A stretch of DNA of 64,000 bases, from assembly GCA_963749075.1 (NCBI GenBank), contig CAVVLJ010000016.1, positions 992,001-1,056,000 of the forward strand. Reading direction: 5' to 3'. Of this stretch, positions 30,055-39,301 are shown one piece after another. Position numbers and translations under genes: made by a program. The notes below the pieces were generated by a model. It made no database searches, had not been told where the DNA came from, and worked only from the letters and a program-made list of their open reading frames with translations. Each line of letters starts with the position of its first letter. The stretch's first letter is position 1. This stretch comes from an uncultured Pseudomonadota bacterium. Lineage in GTDB: Bacteria > Pseudomonadota > Alphaproteobacteria > JACZXZ01.

Positions 30055-32343
30055 GTGGGTCGTGTTTTTCGATGGGCGGTCGGATTGTGGCTGGCGGCGG
30101 CATGCATGTGGCCGCCGCTTGCGGCTTATGCCCAGACCGCGGCCTCCGGGCCCGACAGCGTGCGCGAGATCCGCATCGAGGGCACCCAGCGGATCGAGCC
30201 CGAGACCGTGCGCTCCTATCTCACCATCCACTTGGCCGACCGCTTCGACCCCGAGAAGATGGACGAGTCGCTCAAGGCGCTCTACGCCACCGGGCTCTTC
30301 GCCGACGTGATCCTGCGCCGGGAGGGCGATGCGCTCGTGGTGCGTGTGGTCGAGAACCCGGTCATCAACCGCGTCGCCTTCGAGGGCAACAAGAAGATCG
30401 AAGACAAGAAGCTGAATGACGAGATCCAGCTCAAGACGCGCTCGGTCTACAGCCGCATCAAGGTCCAGCAGGACGTGAAGCGCATCCTCGAGCTCTACCG
30501 CAAGAGCGGCCGGTTCTCCGCGACCGTCGAGCCCAAGGTGATCACGCTTCCCGAGAACCGCGTCGACCTGGTCTACGAGATCGACGAGGGCGACAAGACC
30601 AAGGTCACGCGGATCAGCTTCATCGGCAATCACGTGTTCAGCGACGGCCGCCTGCGCGAAGTGATCCAGACGACCGAGGCGGCGTGGTGGCGCTTCTTCA
30701 CCAGCAGCGACACCTACGATCCCGACCGCCTGACATTCGACCGCGAGCTGATGCGCAAGTTCTATCTCGCGAACGGCTACGCCGACTTCCGCGTGGTGTC
30801 CGCGGTGGCGGAGCTGGCGCCCGACAAGAGCGGCTTCTACGTCACCTTCACCGTCGACGAGGGCGACCGCTACAAGTTCGGCAAGATCGCCGTGAAGAGC
30901 ACCGTGAAGGACGTCGACCCGAAGACGCTCGAGAGCCTCGTCACCATCCAGGAGGGCGACTGGTACAACGCCGATCAGGTGGAGACCACGATCAAGCAGA
31001 TCTCCGACGCGCTCGGGACCCGCGGTTACGCCTTCGTCGAGGTGCGGCCGCGCGTCCAGCGCGACAAGGCGAAGAAGATCATCAACATCACCTTCGACGT
31101 GCAGGAAGGCCCGCGCGTCTACGTCGAGCGCATCAACATCAAGGGCAACACGCGCACCGAAGACAAGGTGATCCGCCGCGAGCTGCAGTTTGCCGAAGGC
31201 GACGCCTTCAACACCTCCAAGATCGAGGAGTCGCGGCGGCGGCTCAAGAATCTCGGCTTCTTCGAGACCTCGGACATCAGCAATACGCCCGGCTCGCAGC
31301 CCGACACCACCAACGTCACGGTCGAGGTGAAGGAGCAGCCGACCGGCGAGGTCTCGCTGGGCGCCGGCTATTCGACGACGGAAGGCCCCATCGGCGACGT
31401 CGGCGTCCGCGAGAAGAACTTCCTCGGCACCGGCCAGGATCTGTCGGCGCGCTTCGCGATCTCGTTCCGCACGCAGGAGCTCGACACCAGCTGGACCGAT
31501 CCCTACTTCATGGACAGCAATATCGCGGTCGGTGCCGACCTCTTCGACATCCAGCAGGACCTGACCAACCAGAACGACTTCCGCGAGGTGACCCTCGGCG
31601 GCACGCTGCGTGCGGGCTACGAGGTCCTCGACAACCTGCGCCAGACTTGGCACTACACCATCCGCCGAGACATCATCGATAAGATAACGTCCGATGCCTC
31701 GATCTTCATTCAGCAGCAGCACGGCGCCGCGATCACCTCGCTCGTCGGCCAGGAGATCATGTACGACAAGCGCGACAACCGCCTCGATCCGACGAGCGGC
31801 TATTACTGGAAGCTCGATACCGACATCGCCGGGCTCGGCGGCGACGTGGAATACCAGCGCGACGTGCTGTCGGCCGGCTATTATTACCCGATCGCCGATG
31901 AGTGGGTGGTGAGCCTCACGGGCGAGAGCGGCTACATGATCCGGCTCGGCCCGCCCATTCGCATCGTCGACAGCTTCTTCCTCGGCGGCGACAACTTCCC
32001 CGGCTTTGCCACCGCCGGCATCGGTCCTCGCGACAGTGCTACCGGCGACGCGCTCGGCGGCCGGGCCTTTTACGACAGCACGGTCGAGTTGACGGTGCCG
32101 CTCGGCCTGCCCAAGGAGTTCGGCATCGTGGGCAAGGTGTTCACGGAGGTGGGCTCGCTCACGCAGACGGATTACACGGGGCCGACCGTCACCGATAGCG
32201 GAGCGCTCAGGGCGTCGGTCGGCTTCGGCATCGCCTGGCGCTCGCCCTTCGGGCCCATCCGCGTGGACATCGCGCGGCCGTATCTCAAGGAGACCGGCGA
32301 CAAGACGCAGCTCTTCCGCTTCAATTTCGGAACCCGGTTCTAG
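30055..32343 (+). CDS. bamA: Outer membrane protein assembly factor BamA
   Basis: Signal peptide, POTRA repeats, C-terminal SPFGPIR...FNFGTRF. Confidence 0.97.
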   Translation: MGRVFRWAVGLWLAAACMWPPLAAYAQTAASGPDSVREIRIEGTQRIEPETVRSYLTIHLADRFDPEKMDESLKALYATGLFADVILRREGDALVVRVVENPVINRVAFEGNKKIEDKKLNDEIQLKTRSVYSRIKVQQDVKRILELYRKSGRFSATVEPKVITLPENRVDLVYEIDEGDKTKVTRISFIGNHVFSDGRLREVIQTTEAAWWRFFTSSDTYDPDRLTFDRELMRKFYLANGYADFRVVSAVAELAPDKSGFYVTFTVDEGDRYKFGKIAVKSTVKDVDPKTLESLVTIQEGDWYNADQVETTIKQISDALGTRGYAFVEVRPRVQRDKAKKIINITFDVQEGPRVYVERINIKGNTRTEDKVIRRELQFAEGDAFNTSKIEESRRRLKNLGFFETSDISNTPGSQPDTTNVTVEVKEQPTGEVSLGAGYSTTEGPIGDVGVREKNFLGTGQDLSARFAISFRTQELDTSWTDPYFMDSNIAVGADLFDIQQDLTNQNDFREVTLGGTLRAGYEVLDNLRQTWHYTIRRDIIDKITSDASIFIQQQHGAAITSLVGQEIMYDKRDNRLDPTSGYYWKLDTDIAGLGGDVEYQRDVLSAGYYYPIADEWVVSLTGESGYMIRLGPPIRIVDSFFLGGDNFPGFATAGIGPRDSATGDALGGRAFYDSTVELTVPLGLPKEFGIVGKVFTEVGSLTQTDYTGPTVTDSGALRASVGFGIAWRSPFGPIRVDIARPYLKETGDKTQLFRFNFGTRF

Positions 32344-32354
32344 GACAAAGGGAT

Positions 32355-32915
32355 ATGACTCGCAGAACGGTTATGTTGGCGGCCGCGGTGCTGCTGCTCG
32401 GGCCGCTCGCGCTTACGCCGGCGGCCTCGGCGCAGAAGAGGTTTCCTGTGCCGGTGGTCGCCGTTGTCGACGTGCAGGCGGTGCTGCAGACGGCCGAGGC
32501 GCCGAAGGGCATCCGCGGGCAGATACAGAGGGCGCAAACCGGCTTTCAGCAGGGCCTGCAGAGCAAGAACGACGAGCTGAAGAAAGCCGACGAGGATCTC
32601 CAGGCGCAACGCAGCGTGCTCTCCCCCGAGGCCTACAAGCAGCGGCAGCACGAGTTCGAGCAGAGGGTCGCCGACGCCCAGCGCGAGGTGCAGGAGCGGC
32701 GCGGCAAGCTCGAGACCGCATTCAACGCAGCCATGCAGCAGGTCGAGACAGTGGTGGTGCAGATCGTCGAGCAGATTGGCAAGGAGTCGGGTGCCACCCT
32801 CGTGATCAACAAGGGCGCCGCCATCTATGCCGCTCCCGATCTCGACATCACTCAGGAGGTCGTCAGGCGGCTCAATGCCCGGCTACCCTCCGTCTCCGTT
32901 CCGATTCCCAAATAG
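32355..32915 (+). CDS. skp: OmpH/Skp periplasmic chaperone
   Basis: Signal peptide, VAVVD, coiled coil, DITQEVVRRLN; position after bamA. Confidence 0.9.
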   Translation: MTRRTVMLAAAVLLLGPLALTPAASAQKRFPVPVVAVVDVQAVLQTAEAPKGIRGQIQRAQTGFQQGLQSKNDELKKADEDLQAQRSVLSPEAYKQRQHEFEQRVADAQREVQERRGKLETAFNAAMQQVETVVVQIVEQIGKESGATLVINKGAAIYAAPDLDITQEVVRRLNARLPSVSVPIPK

Positions 32916-33086
32916 CCGGCCCGGCGCGCGACGCCTACCTCTGCCATTGATAATTTCCGGCGGATCGGGCACAAGACGCGATATTGCCGCGGCCTCCCTG
33001 GGGCCACGGGGGACCAGGCATTGCGAAAGGCTCGCATGTCGGGCGGTGCCGGGCGCCTGAGGCAAGGAGCTGTGGGCGAAAGAGCC

Positions 33087-33557
33087 ATGGAAGCGACGGT
33101 CTTGCAGAGCAAACCGGCCGAGATCGACATCGAGCGGTTGATGGAGCTGATCCCCCATCGCTACCCGTTCCTGATGATCGATCGCGTGGTGGATGTGGTG
33201 CTCGGCGAGAGCGCCGTCGGGATCAAGAACGTCACCATCAACGAGCCGTTCTTTCCGGGCCATTTCCCCAAGCGGCCGGTGATGCCGGGCGTGCTGATCA
33301 TCGAGGCGATGGCCCAGACCGCGGCCGTGCTGGTCGTCTATACGCTCGGCGGCGAGGCCGAGGGCAAGCTCGTCTATTTCATGACGCTCGACGACTGCCG
33401 CTTCCGTCGCCCGGTCTTGCCGGGCGACCAGCTGCGCATCTACGTGACCAAGCAGCGCCAGCGCGGTGCCGTCTGGAAGTTCCGCGGCGAGGCGAAGGTG
33501 GAGGGCGCCCTCGTGGCGGAGGCCACCTTCGGCGCCATGCTGCTCGAGGACAGCTAG
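33087..33557 (+). CDS. fabZ: 3-hydroxyacyl-ACP dehydratase
   Basis: [27 protein letters not shown] motifs. Confidence 0.97.
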   Translation: MEATVLQSKPAEIDIERLMELIPHRYPFLMIDRVVDVVLGESAVGIKNVTINEPFFPGHFPKRPVMPGVLIIEAMAQTAAVLVVYTLGGEAEGKLVYFMTLDDCRFRRPVLPGDQLRIYVTKQRQRGAVWKFRGEAKVEGALVAEATFGAMLLEDS

Positions 33558-33561
33558 GGCC

Positions 33562-34410
33562 ATGGCGGTGCTGCGGCATGAGCCGGCCGCCAAACCCGCG
33601 CGCGCGGCGGGGATCGAGATCCATCCGAGTGCCATCGTCGACCCGCGCGCCGAGCTCGGCAGCGGCGTCGCGATCGGACCCTATTCCGTGATCGGACCTC
33701 ATGTGCGGCTCGCCGCGGGGGTGCGCGTCGGCTCGCACGTGGCGATCGACGGACGCACGGCGGTCGGCGCCCATACGGCGATCTTCCCCTTCGCCTCGAT
33801 CGGCCACATCCCCCAGGACCTCAAGTACAAGGGCGAGCCCTCCGAGCTCGTCATCGGCGCCAACAACTCGATCCGCGAGCACGTCACCATGAACCCCGGG
33901 ACCGCCGGCGGCGGCATGGTGACGCGCGTCGGCGACAGCTGCCTCTTCATGGTCGGCGCCCACGTGGCGCACGACTGTCAGCTCGGCGACCATGTGGTCA
34001 TGGCCAACAATGCGACCCTCGGCGGCCACGTCGGCGTGGGTGACTGGGCCATCCTCGGCGGCCTCTCGGCGGTGCACCAGTTCGTGCGCATCGGCCGCCA
34101 CGCCATGATCGGCGGCATGTCGGGCGTCGAGCACGACGTCATTCCCTACGGCTCGGTGATGGGCAATCGCGCGCGGCTCGCCGGGCTCAATGTCGTGGGG
34201 CTCAAGCGGCGCGGCTTCACGCGCGAGCAGATCCATACGCTGCGCACGGCCTACCGCCTGCTCTTCGCGCAGGAGGGCACCATGGCCGAGCGGCTCTCGG
34301 ACGCCGAGGAGATTTATCACGACAACGAGGCCGTGATGGAGATCGTGGCCTTCATCCGCGCCGACTCCAGCCGCGCCATCTGCCAGCCCAGGCCGGGAGA
34401 TGTCGAATAA
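33562..34410 (+). CDS. lpxA: UDP-N-acetylglucosamine O-acyltransferase
   Basis: Hexapeptide repeats, PQDLKY, HVAHDC, VHQF, GLNVVGLKRRG. Confidence 0.97.
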   Translation: MAVLRHEPAAKPARAAGIEIHPSAIVDPRAELGSGVAIGPYSVIGPHVRLAAGVRVGSHVAIDGRTAVGAHTAIFPFASIGHIPQDLKYKGEPSELVIGANNSIREHVTMNPGTAGGGMVTRVGDSCLFMVGAHVAHDCQLGDHVVMANNATLGGHVGVGDWAILGGLSAVHQFVRIGRHAMIGGMSGVEHDVIPYGSVMGNRARLAGLNVVGLKRRGFTREQIHTLRTAYRLLFAQEGTMAERLSDAEEIYHDNEAVMEIVAFIRADSSRAICQPRPGDVE

Positions 34411-35221
34411 GCTCGGCATCGTGGCGGGCGGCGGTGCCTTGCCCGCGCAATTGATCGAGGCCTGCCGCAGGGATGGACGCGAGGTCTTCGTCATCGCCGT
34501 CCGCGGCCAGGCGGAGGCGGCCGAGCTTGCCGCGGCACCCGATGCCTGGGTGCGCATCGGCGCCCCGGGCCGCGCCGTCGAGCTTGCGCGCCAGCACGGC
34601 GTCACCGACGTGGTCTTTGCCGGGCGCTTCCGCCGGCCGAGCCTCTTGGAGGTGTTTCCCGACCGCCTCGCCATGCAGTTCATCCTCGAGGTAGGCCTGC
34701 ATCTCTTCCGCGACGACGGGCTGCACAAGGCGGTGGTGGATTGGGCGCGGCGCCTCGGCTTCCGCATCGTCGGCCCCGAGACGATCGATCGCGGCCTGCT
34801 CGCCCCCGAGGGCGTCTACGGCAGGGTGGCACCCGATGACGAGGCGCTGAGCGACATCGCGCGCGGCATCGAGGCGGCCAAGGCGCTCGGCCGCGTCGAC
34901 GTGGGGCAGGGCGTCGTCGTCCAGCACGGCGTGGTGCTCGCCCTCGAGGCGATCGAGGGTACCGACGCGATGATCGCACGGGCGGGCAAGTTAGCACTCA
35001 AAGGGCCGGGCGGCGTCCTCGTCAAGGTGAAGAAGCCCGCGCAGGAGGAGTGCATCGATCTGCCGGCCATCGGCGTCCGTACGGTCGAGCGCGCGCGTCA
35101 GGCGGGCCTCCGCGGCATCGCGGTCGAGGCGGGGGGTGCGATCGTCATCGATCGCGAGCGCGTGGCCGCGGCGGCGGACGCGGCCGGCATCTTCGTGGTC
35201 GGCATCAAGGTCGAGCCGTGA
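34400..35221 (+). CDS. lpxI: UDP-2,3-diacylglucosamine diphosphatase
   Basis: GIVAGGGALP, DVGQG, EAIEGTD, DLPAIG motifs; lies between lpxA and lpxB. Confidence 0.92.
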   Translation: MSNKLGIVAGGGALPAQLIEACRRDGREVFVIAVRGQAEAAELAAAPDAWVRIGAPGRAVELARQHGVTDVVFAGRFRRPSLLEVFPDRLAMQFILEVGLHLFRDDGLHKAVVDWARRLGFRIVGPETIDRGLLAPEGVYGRVAPDDEALSDIARGIEAAKALGRVDVGQGVVVQHGVVLALEAIEGTDAMIARAGKLALKGPGGVLVKVKKPAQEECIDLPAIGVRTVERARQAGLRGIAVEAGGAIVIDRERVAAAADAAGIFVVGIKVEP

Positions 35222-36432
35222 GCGCGCCGCCCGCCGCAGCGCAAGCAGGCCCGGGCGGCCCGCTCATCTTCCTCATGGCCGGCGAGCCGTCGGGCGACGC
35301 CCTCGGCGCCCGCCTCATGGCGGCACTCAGGCGCGAGACGAACGGCAAGGTGCGCTTCGCCGGCATCGGCGGCGAACGCATGGCGGAGGAGGGGCTCGAG
35401 AGCCTCTTCGCCATGGAGGAGCTCTCGGTCATGGGCCTGACCGAGGTGCTGCCGCGCCTCCCGCGCATTCTCCGCCGCATGCGCGAGACGGTGGCGCGCA
35501 TCAAGGCGCTCAAGCCGTCGGCGGTCGTCTCGATCGATGCCACCGGCTTCTGCTTCCGCGTCGAGCGCCGCTTGAAGGGCCTCGGCATTCCGCTCGTCCA
35601 TTATGTGGCGCCCATGGTGTGGGCATGGCGGCCGTGGCAGGCCAAGACGCTCGCCAAGTTCCTCGATCACCTGATGACGCTGCTGCCCTTCGAGGCGCCC
35701 TATTTCAGCCGCGTCGGCGTGCCGGCGACCTTCGTCGGCCATTCGGTGATCGAGGAGCCGGCGGAGAGGGGCGACGGCGCTGCCTTCCGCCGCCGCCACG
35801 GCATTCCGCCCGAGGCGTCGCTCCTTGCCGTGCTGCCTGGAAGCAGGCGCGGCGAGGTGCGCCGGCTGCTCCCCGTCTTCGCGGCGACGCTTCTGCACCT
35901 CAAGCGCGAGTTCCCAGAGCTTCACGCCGTCGTGGCTACGGTGGGCACCGTCGCCGAGCAGGTCCGCGAGGCGGCGGCAAGCTGGCCGGTGCCGGCCGTC
36001 GTCGTGCGCGGCGTTGCCGAGAAATACGACGCCTTTGCCGCGGCGACGGCGGCACTCGCCGCCTCTGGCACCGTCTCGCTGGAGCTTGCGCTCGCGCGCC
36101 GTCCGATGGTGATCGCCTACAAGGCGAACCCGCTCACCGTCTGGATCGTGCGCCACTTCCTGATCAAGGTGCGCTACGTGACCGTGGTCAACCTGCTGCT
36201 CGACCGCGAGGTCGTGCCCGAGCTCCTCCAGGAGAAGTGCCGGCCGGAGCTCCTCTCCGAAGCGGTCGCCCGCCTGCTGCGCGACCCCGAGGCGCGGCGC
36301 GCGCAGGTCGAGGGCTCGCTCGCCGGCCTCCGCCAGCTCGGCCTCGACGGCCCGCCGCCCTCGCTCCGCGCCGCGCGCACCATTCTCGGCGTGATCGCGG
36401 AAAAGCGCGCTCAGCGGGCTATTGCGGATTGA
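35218..36432 (+). CDS. lpxB: Lipid-A-disaccharide synthase
   Basis: AGEPSGD, HYVAPMVWAWR, LPGSRRGE, ASGTVSLE motifs. Confidence 0.96.
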   Translation: MSAPPAAAQAGPGGPLIFLMAGEPSGDALGARLMAALRRETNGKVRFAGIGGERMAEEGLESLFAMEELSVMGLTEVLPRLPRILRRMRETVARIKALKPSAVVSIDATGFCFRVERRLKGLGIPLVHYVAPMVWAWRPWQAKTLAKFLDHLMTLLPFEAPYFSRVGVPATFVGHSVIEEPAERGDGAAFRRRHGIPPEASLLAVLPGSRRGEVRRLLPVFAATLLHLKREFPELHAVVATVGTVAEQVREAAASWPVPAVVVRGVAEKYDAFAAATAALAASGTVSLELALARRPMVIAYKANPLTVWIVRHFLIKVRYVTVVNLLLDREVVPELLQEKCRPELLSEAVARLLRDPEARRAQVEGSLAGLRQLGLDGPPPSLRAARTILGVIAEKRAQRAIAD

Positions 36433-36844
36433 TGATCTGGTCGCAATAGGCGCGGTGCGAGGCGAGGCAATTCTCGAGCTTGCTTTCCTGGATGAGCCTC
36501 TCGACGAGGAAGAGCCCGACGAGGGCCGCGATCACGGCGACGGCGACCCCGGCCCAGGTGGCAAAGCCGTTGTCATACTCCTTCTCGATGCGGCGGGATT
36601 CGTGCGCGCGGCGCTCGCGCGCGGCGGCGGCGTCCGCGGCGGCGGCGGCGTCCATCTCGGCCTTGCGCGCCTGCCACTCGCGCGCCTTGAGGGTGGCGCC
36701 CTTGCCCGCCTTGCCGCGCGCATCGCCATTGGCCGCCGGCGCCTCGCGCGCGCGCTCGCCATCCACTCCGGCGGACGGCGGATGCAGCAGCGGGTGGAGT
36801 TCCTTGAGGCGCTCGACCCATCCCCTCGGCAATTGCGTGTTCAT
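36419..36844 (-). CDS. Hypothetical protein with C-terminal TM helix and Cys pair
   Basis: Coiled-coil-like middle, hydrophobic WAGVAVAVIAALVGLFLV, then C-x7-C; 14-nt convergent overlap with lpxB. Confidence 0.65.
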   Translation of the reverse strand: MNTQLPRGWVERLKELHPLLHPPSAGVDGERAREAPAANGDARGKAGKGATLKAREWQARKAEMDAAAAADAAAARERRAHESRRIEKEYDNGFATWAGVAVAVIAALVGLFLVERLIQESKLENCLASHRAYCDQIINPQ

Positions 36845-36929
36845 GATGCGAGCCGATCTCGATCCGCTTGCCTGCCGTCGCAGATGCGAGTCTGCTCCCT
36901 TCGCGCCCGTTTTACAATTGTCCGCTCGG

Positions 36930-37811
36930 CTACCCTGCGAAGAACCTGATGAGCCATTGATAGGTCGTCTCCGGGGCATCCTCGGGCACGTAATGCCCGC
37001 ATGGGATGGCTCCGCCCGTCACGTCCGCCGCGTATTGCCGCCAGATCGGCAGGAGATCGCCGTGGACCGAGCCGGTATGGCTCTCGCTCCCCCAGATGGC
37101 GAGGGCGGGCATGGCGATCTTGTGCCCGCGGTCGAAATCCGCCTGGTCCATCTCGAGGTCGCACGTCACGCAGGCGCGGTAGTCTTCGCAGGAGCCGTGG
37201 ATGGTCTTCCAGGTGAAGCAGCGCACGTACTCGGCGAAAGCCTCGGGCGTGAAGGGGCGCAAGCCGATGCCGGGCTTGGCGAGCTTCTTCTCCATGTACC
37301 ATTCGGCCGGCACCGCCGCCATCATGCGCTCGGGGAAGTCGAAGGGCTGCGCCATGAAGGGCCAGTGCCAGGACTTGAGCGCCCAGTCCTTCGAGGTGTG
37401 GGTCCAGATGTGGTGGCTCGGCAGGATGTCGATGAGGGCCGCCTTGATGACGCGCTCCGAATGGTCCAGGCACATGCGGTGGGCCGTGCGGGCGCCGCGG
37501 TCGTGGCCGGCCACGAAGAAGCGCTCGTGGCCGAGTGCCGCCATGACCTCGACCTGGTCCTGGGCCATGGCGCGGAAGGAATAATTGATGTGGTTCTCGC
37601 CGGGCTCGGGGCCCGAGCTGTCGCCGTAGCCGCGCAGGTCGGCGGCAACCACGTGGAAGCGCTCGGCCAGGCGCCCTGCGATCTTGTGCCAGGAGACGTG
37701 GCTCAGCGGATTGCCGTGCAGCAGAAGGAGAGGGGGCCCGTCGCCGCCGTGGCGGAGATGGATGCGGGCGCCGCTCGTGGCGATCTCCGTGCGCGTGAAG
37801 CCCTCGAACAT
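36930..37811 (-). CDS. Alpha/beta hydrolase, haloacetate (fluoroacetate) dehalogenase-like
   Basis: DLRGYG, GHDRGAR nucleophile elbow, WHW, CEDYRA, CGHY; SD GAGGAGG. Confidence 0.88.
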   Translation of the reverse strand: MFEGFTRTEIATSGARIHLRHGGDGPPLLLLHGNPLSHVSWHKIAGRLAERFHVVAADLRGYGDSSGPEPGENHINYSFRAMAQDQVEVMAALGHERFFVAGHDRGARTAHRMCLDHSERVIKAALIDILPSHHIWTHTSKDWALKSWHWPFMAQPFDFPERMMAAVPAEWYMEKKLAKPGIGLRPFTPEAFAEYVRCFTWKTIHGSCEDYRACVTCDLEMDQADFDRGHKIAMPALAIWGSESHTGSVHGDLLPIWRQYAADVTGGAIPCGHYVPEDAPETTYQWLIRFFAG

Positions 37812-37821
37812 GCTCGCCTCC

Positions 37822-39180
37822 TCAACTATGCGGGCCGCGCTCGAGCGCCAGCACCCGGTCGACCATCTCGCCCGCGAGCCCGAGATAATTTCCCGGATCG
37901 ACCAGCTTGGCGAGCTCGTGTCGCGGCATGTGGCGGGCGATCTCCTGGTTCGCCGCGAGGAGGTCGAGGAGCGGCCGGCCGCTCCGCACCACCTCGCGGC
38001 AGATGTCGTAGACGAGATCGTGGGCGCGCTGGCGGCCGAGATGCGGTGCCAGGCCCATCATCACCGCCTCGGAGACGATGAGGCCGCCCGTGAGATCGAG
38101 GTTGCTGCGCATGCGCGCCGCGTCCACCTCGAGCCCGGCCGCCAGGCTCCCGCTCTGGGCGAGCGCACCCGAGGCGAGGAGGAAGATCTCGGGAAGGGCG
38201 ATCCACTCGATCTCCCAGGGGCCGGTCGAGCGCTCGTGGTCGGCCGCCATGGCCTCGAGCATGGCCGCCACGTTCTGGCGCACGAGTGCCGAGGTGGCGT
38301 GGATATAGAGGCAGGAGATCGGATTGCGCTTCTGCGGCATGGTGCTGCTCGAGCCGCGCCCCTCGTGGAACGGCTCATAGACCTCGGCCACCTCGGTCTG
38401 CATGAGGAGCTTCACGTCGGTCGCGAGCTTGGCGAGCGTGCCCGTGACGAGGCCGAGGAAGCAGGCTGCCTCGGCGAAGCCGTCGCGCACCGTGTGCCAG
38501 GCGATGGCCGGCTGGCCGAGGCCGAGCTCCGCCATGAGGGCCGCCTGGACCTTGAGGCCGTCTGAGCCGAGGGAGGAGAGGGTGCCGGCCGCACCGCCGA
38601 ACTCACCCACCAGCACGCGCGGGCGCAGCTCGGCAAGCCGCGCGCGGTGGCGCTGCATGGCCGCGAGCAGCGTCGCCATCTTGTAGCCGAAGGTGATGGG
38701 CACGGCCTGCTGCAAGTTGCTGCGCCCGGCCATGGGGGTGAGCCTGTGGCGCTCGGCGAGGGTCGCGAGCGAGGCGGAGATGCGCGCCATCTCCTCCTCG
38801 ACGAGCGTCAAGGCGGCGCGCAGCTGGAGCACCGCGGCCGTGTCGGTCACGTCCTGGGTGGTGGCGCCCCAATGGCAATATTCGCCGAGGCCGTCCGAGC
38901 AGCGCTCGACGATCTGCTGCACCACGCCGAGGATGGGGTAGCCGATGCGCTCGGTGGCGGCCTTGAGCTTCGCGAGGTCGATCTTCTCGATGCGGCAGTT
39001 GCGCGCGATCTCCTCGGCGGCGCGCGCGGGGATGATGCCGAGCCGGCCCTGCACGCGGGCGAGTGCCGCCTCGAAGTCGAGATAGCGCTGCACGCGGTTC
39101 TCGTCCGAGAAGATGTGGCGCATCGCCGCGGTCGAGAAGATGTCGCGGAAGATCGCGGAATCGAGCGTCGTAGCAGGCAT
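37822..39180 (-). CDS. Fumarase/aspartase superfamily lyase (PcaB/adenylosuccinate lyase-like)
   Basis: HWGATTQD, GRSNLQQA, GSSSTMPQKRNP signature, DHER motif. Confidence 0.9.
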   Translation of the reverse strand: MPATTLDSAIFRDIFSTAAMRHIFSDENRVQRYLDFEAALARVQGRLGIIPARAAEEIARNCRIEKIDLAKLKAATERIGYPILGVVQQIVERCSDGLGEYCHWGATTQDVTDTAAVLQLRAALTLVEEEMARISASLATLAERHRLTPMAGRSNLQQAVPITFGYKMATLLAAMQRHRARLAELRPRVLVGEFGGAAGTLSSLGSDGLKVQAALMAELGLGQPAIAWHTVRDGFAEAACFLGLVTGTLAKLATDVKLLMQTEVAEVYEPFHEGRGSSSTMPQKRNPISCLYIHATSALVRQNVAAMLEAMAADHERSTGPWEIEWIALPEIFLLASGALAQSGSLAAGLEVDAARMRSNLDLTGGLIVSEAVMMGLAPHLGRQRAHDLVYDICREVVRSGRPLLDLLAANQEIARHMPRHELAKLVDPGNYLGLAGEMVDRVLALERGPHS

Positions 39181-39301
39181 CGGGCGGTCTCCCTGGCAGG
39201 CGGCGCAGTCGACAATCATCTTGCACCGCCGCGCCCCGGCGACAAAGATGCAATCCCGGAAAAAGCCCGATCCCGCGCCCAAGCCGCGGAGGGGAGCGAT
39301 C

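Noticed and set aside
37822-39180. Assigning the symbol pcaB or purB
   Set aside because: Family membership is clear, but no other protocatechuate or purine genes are adjacent, so the substrate is unsupported.
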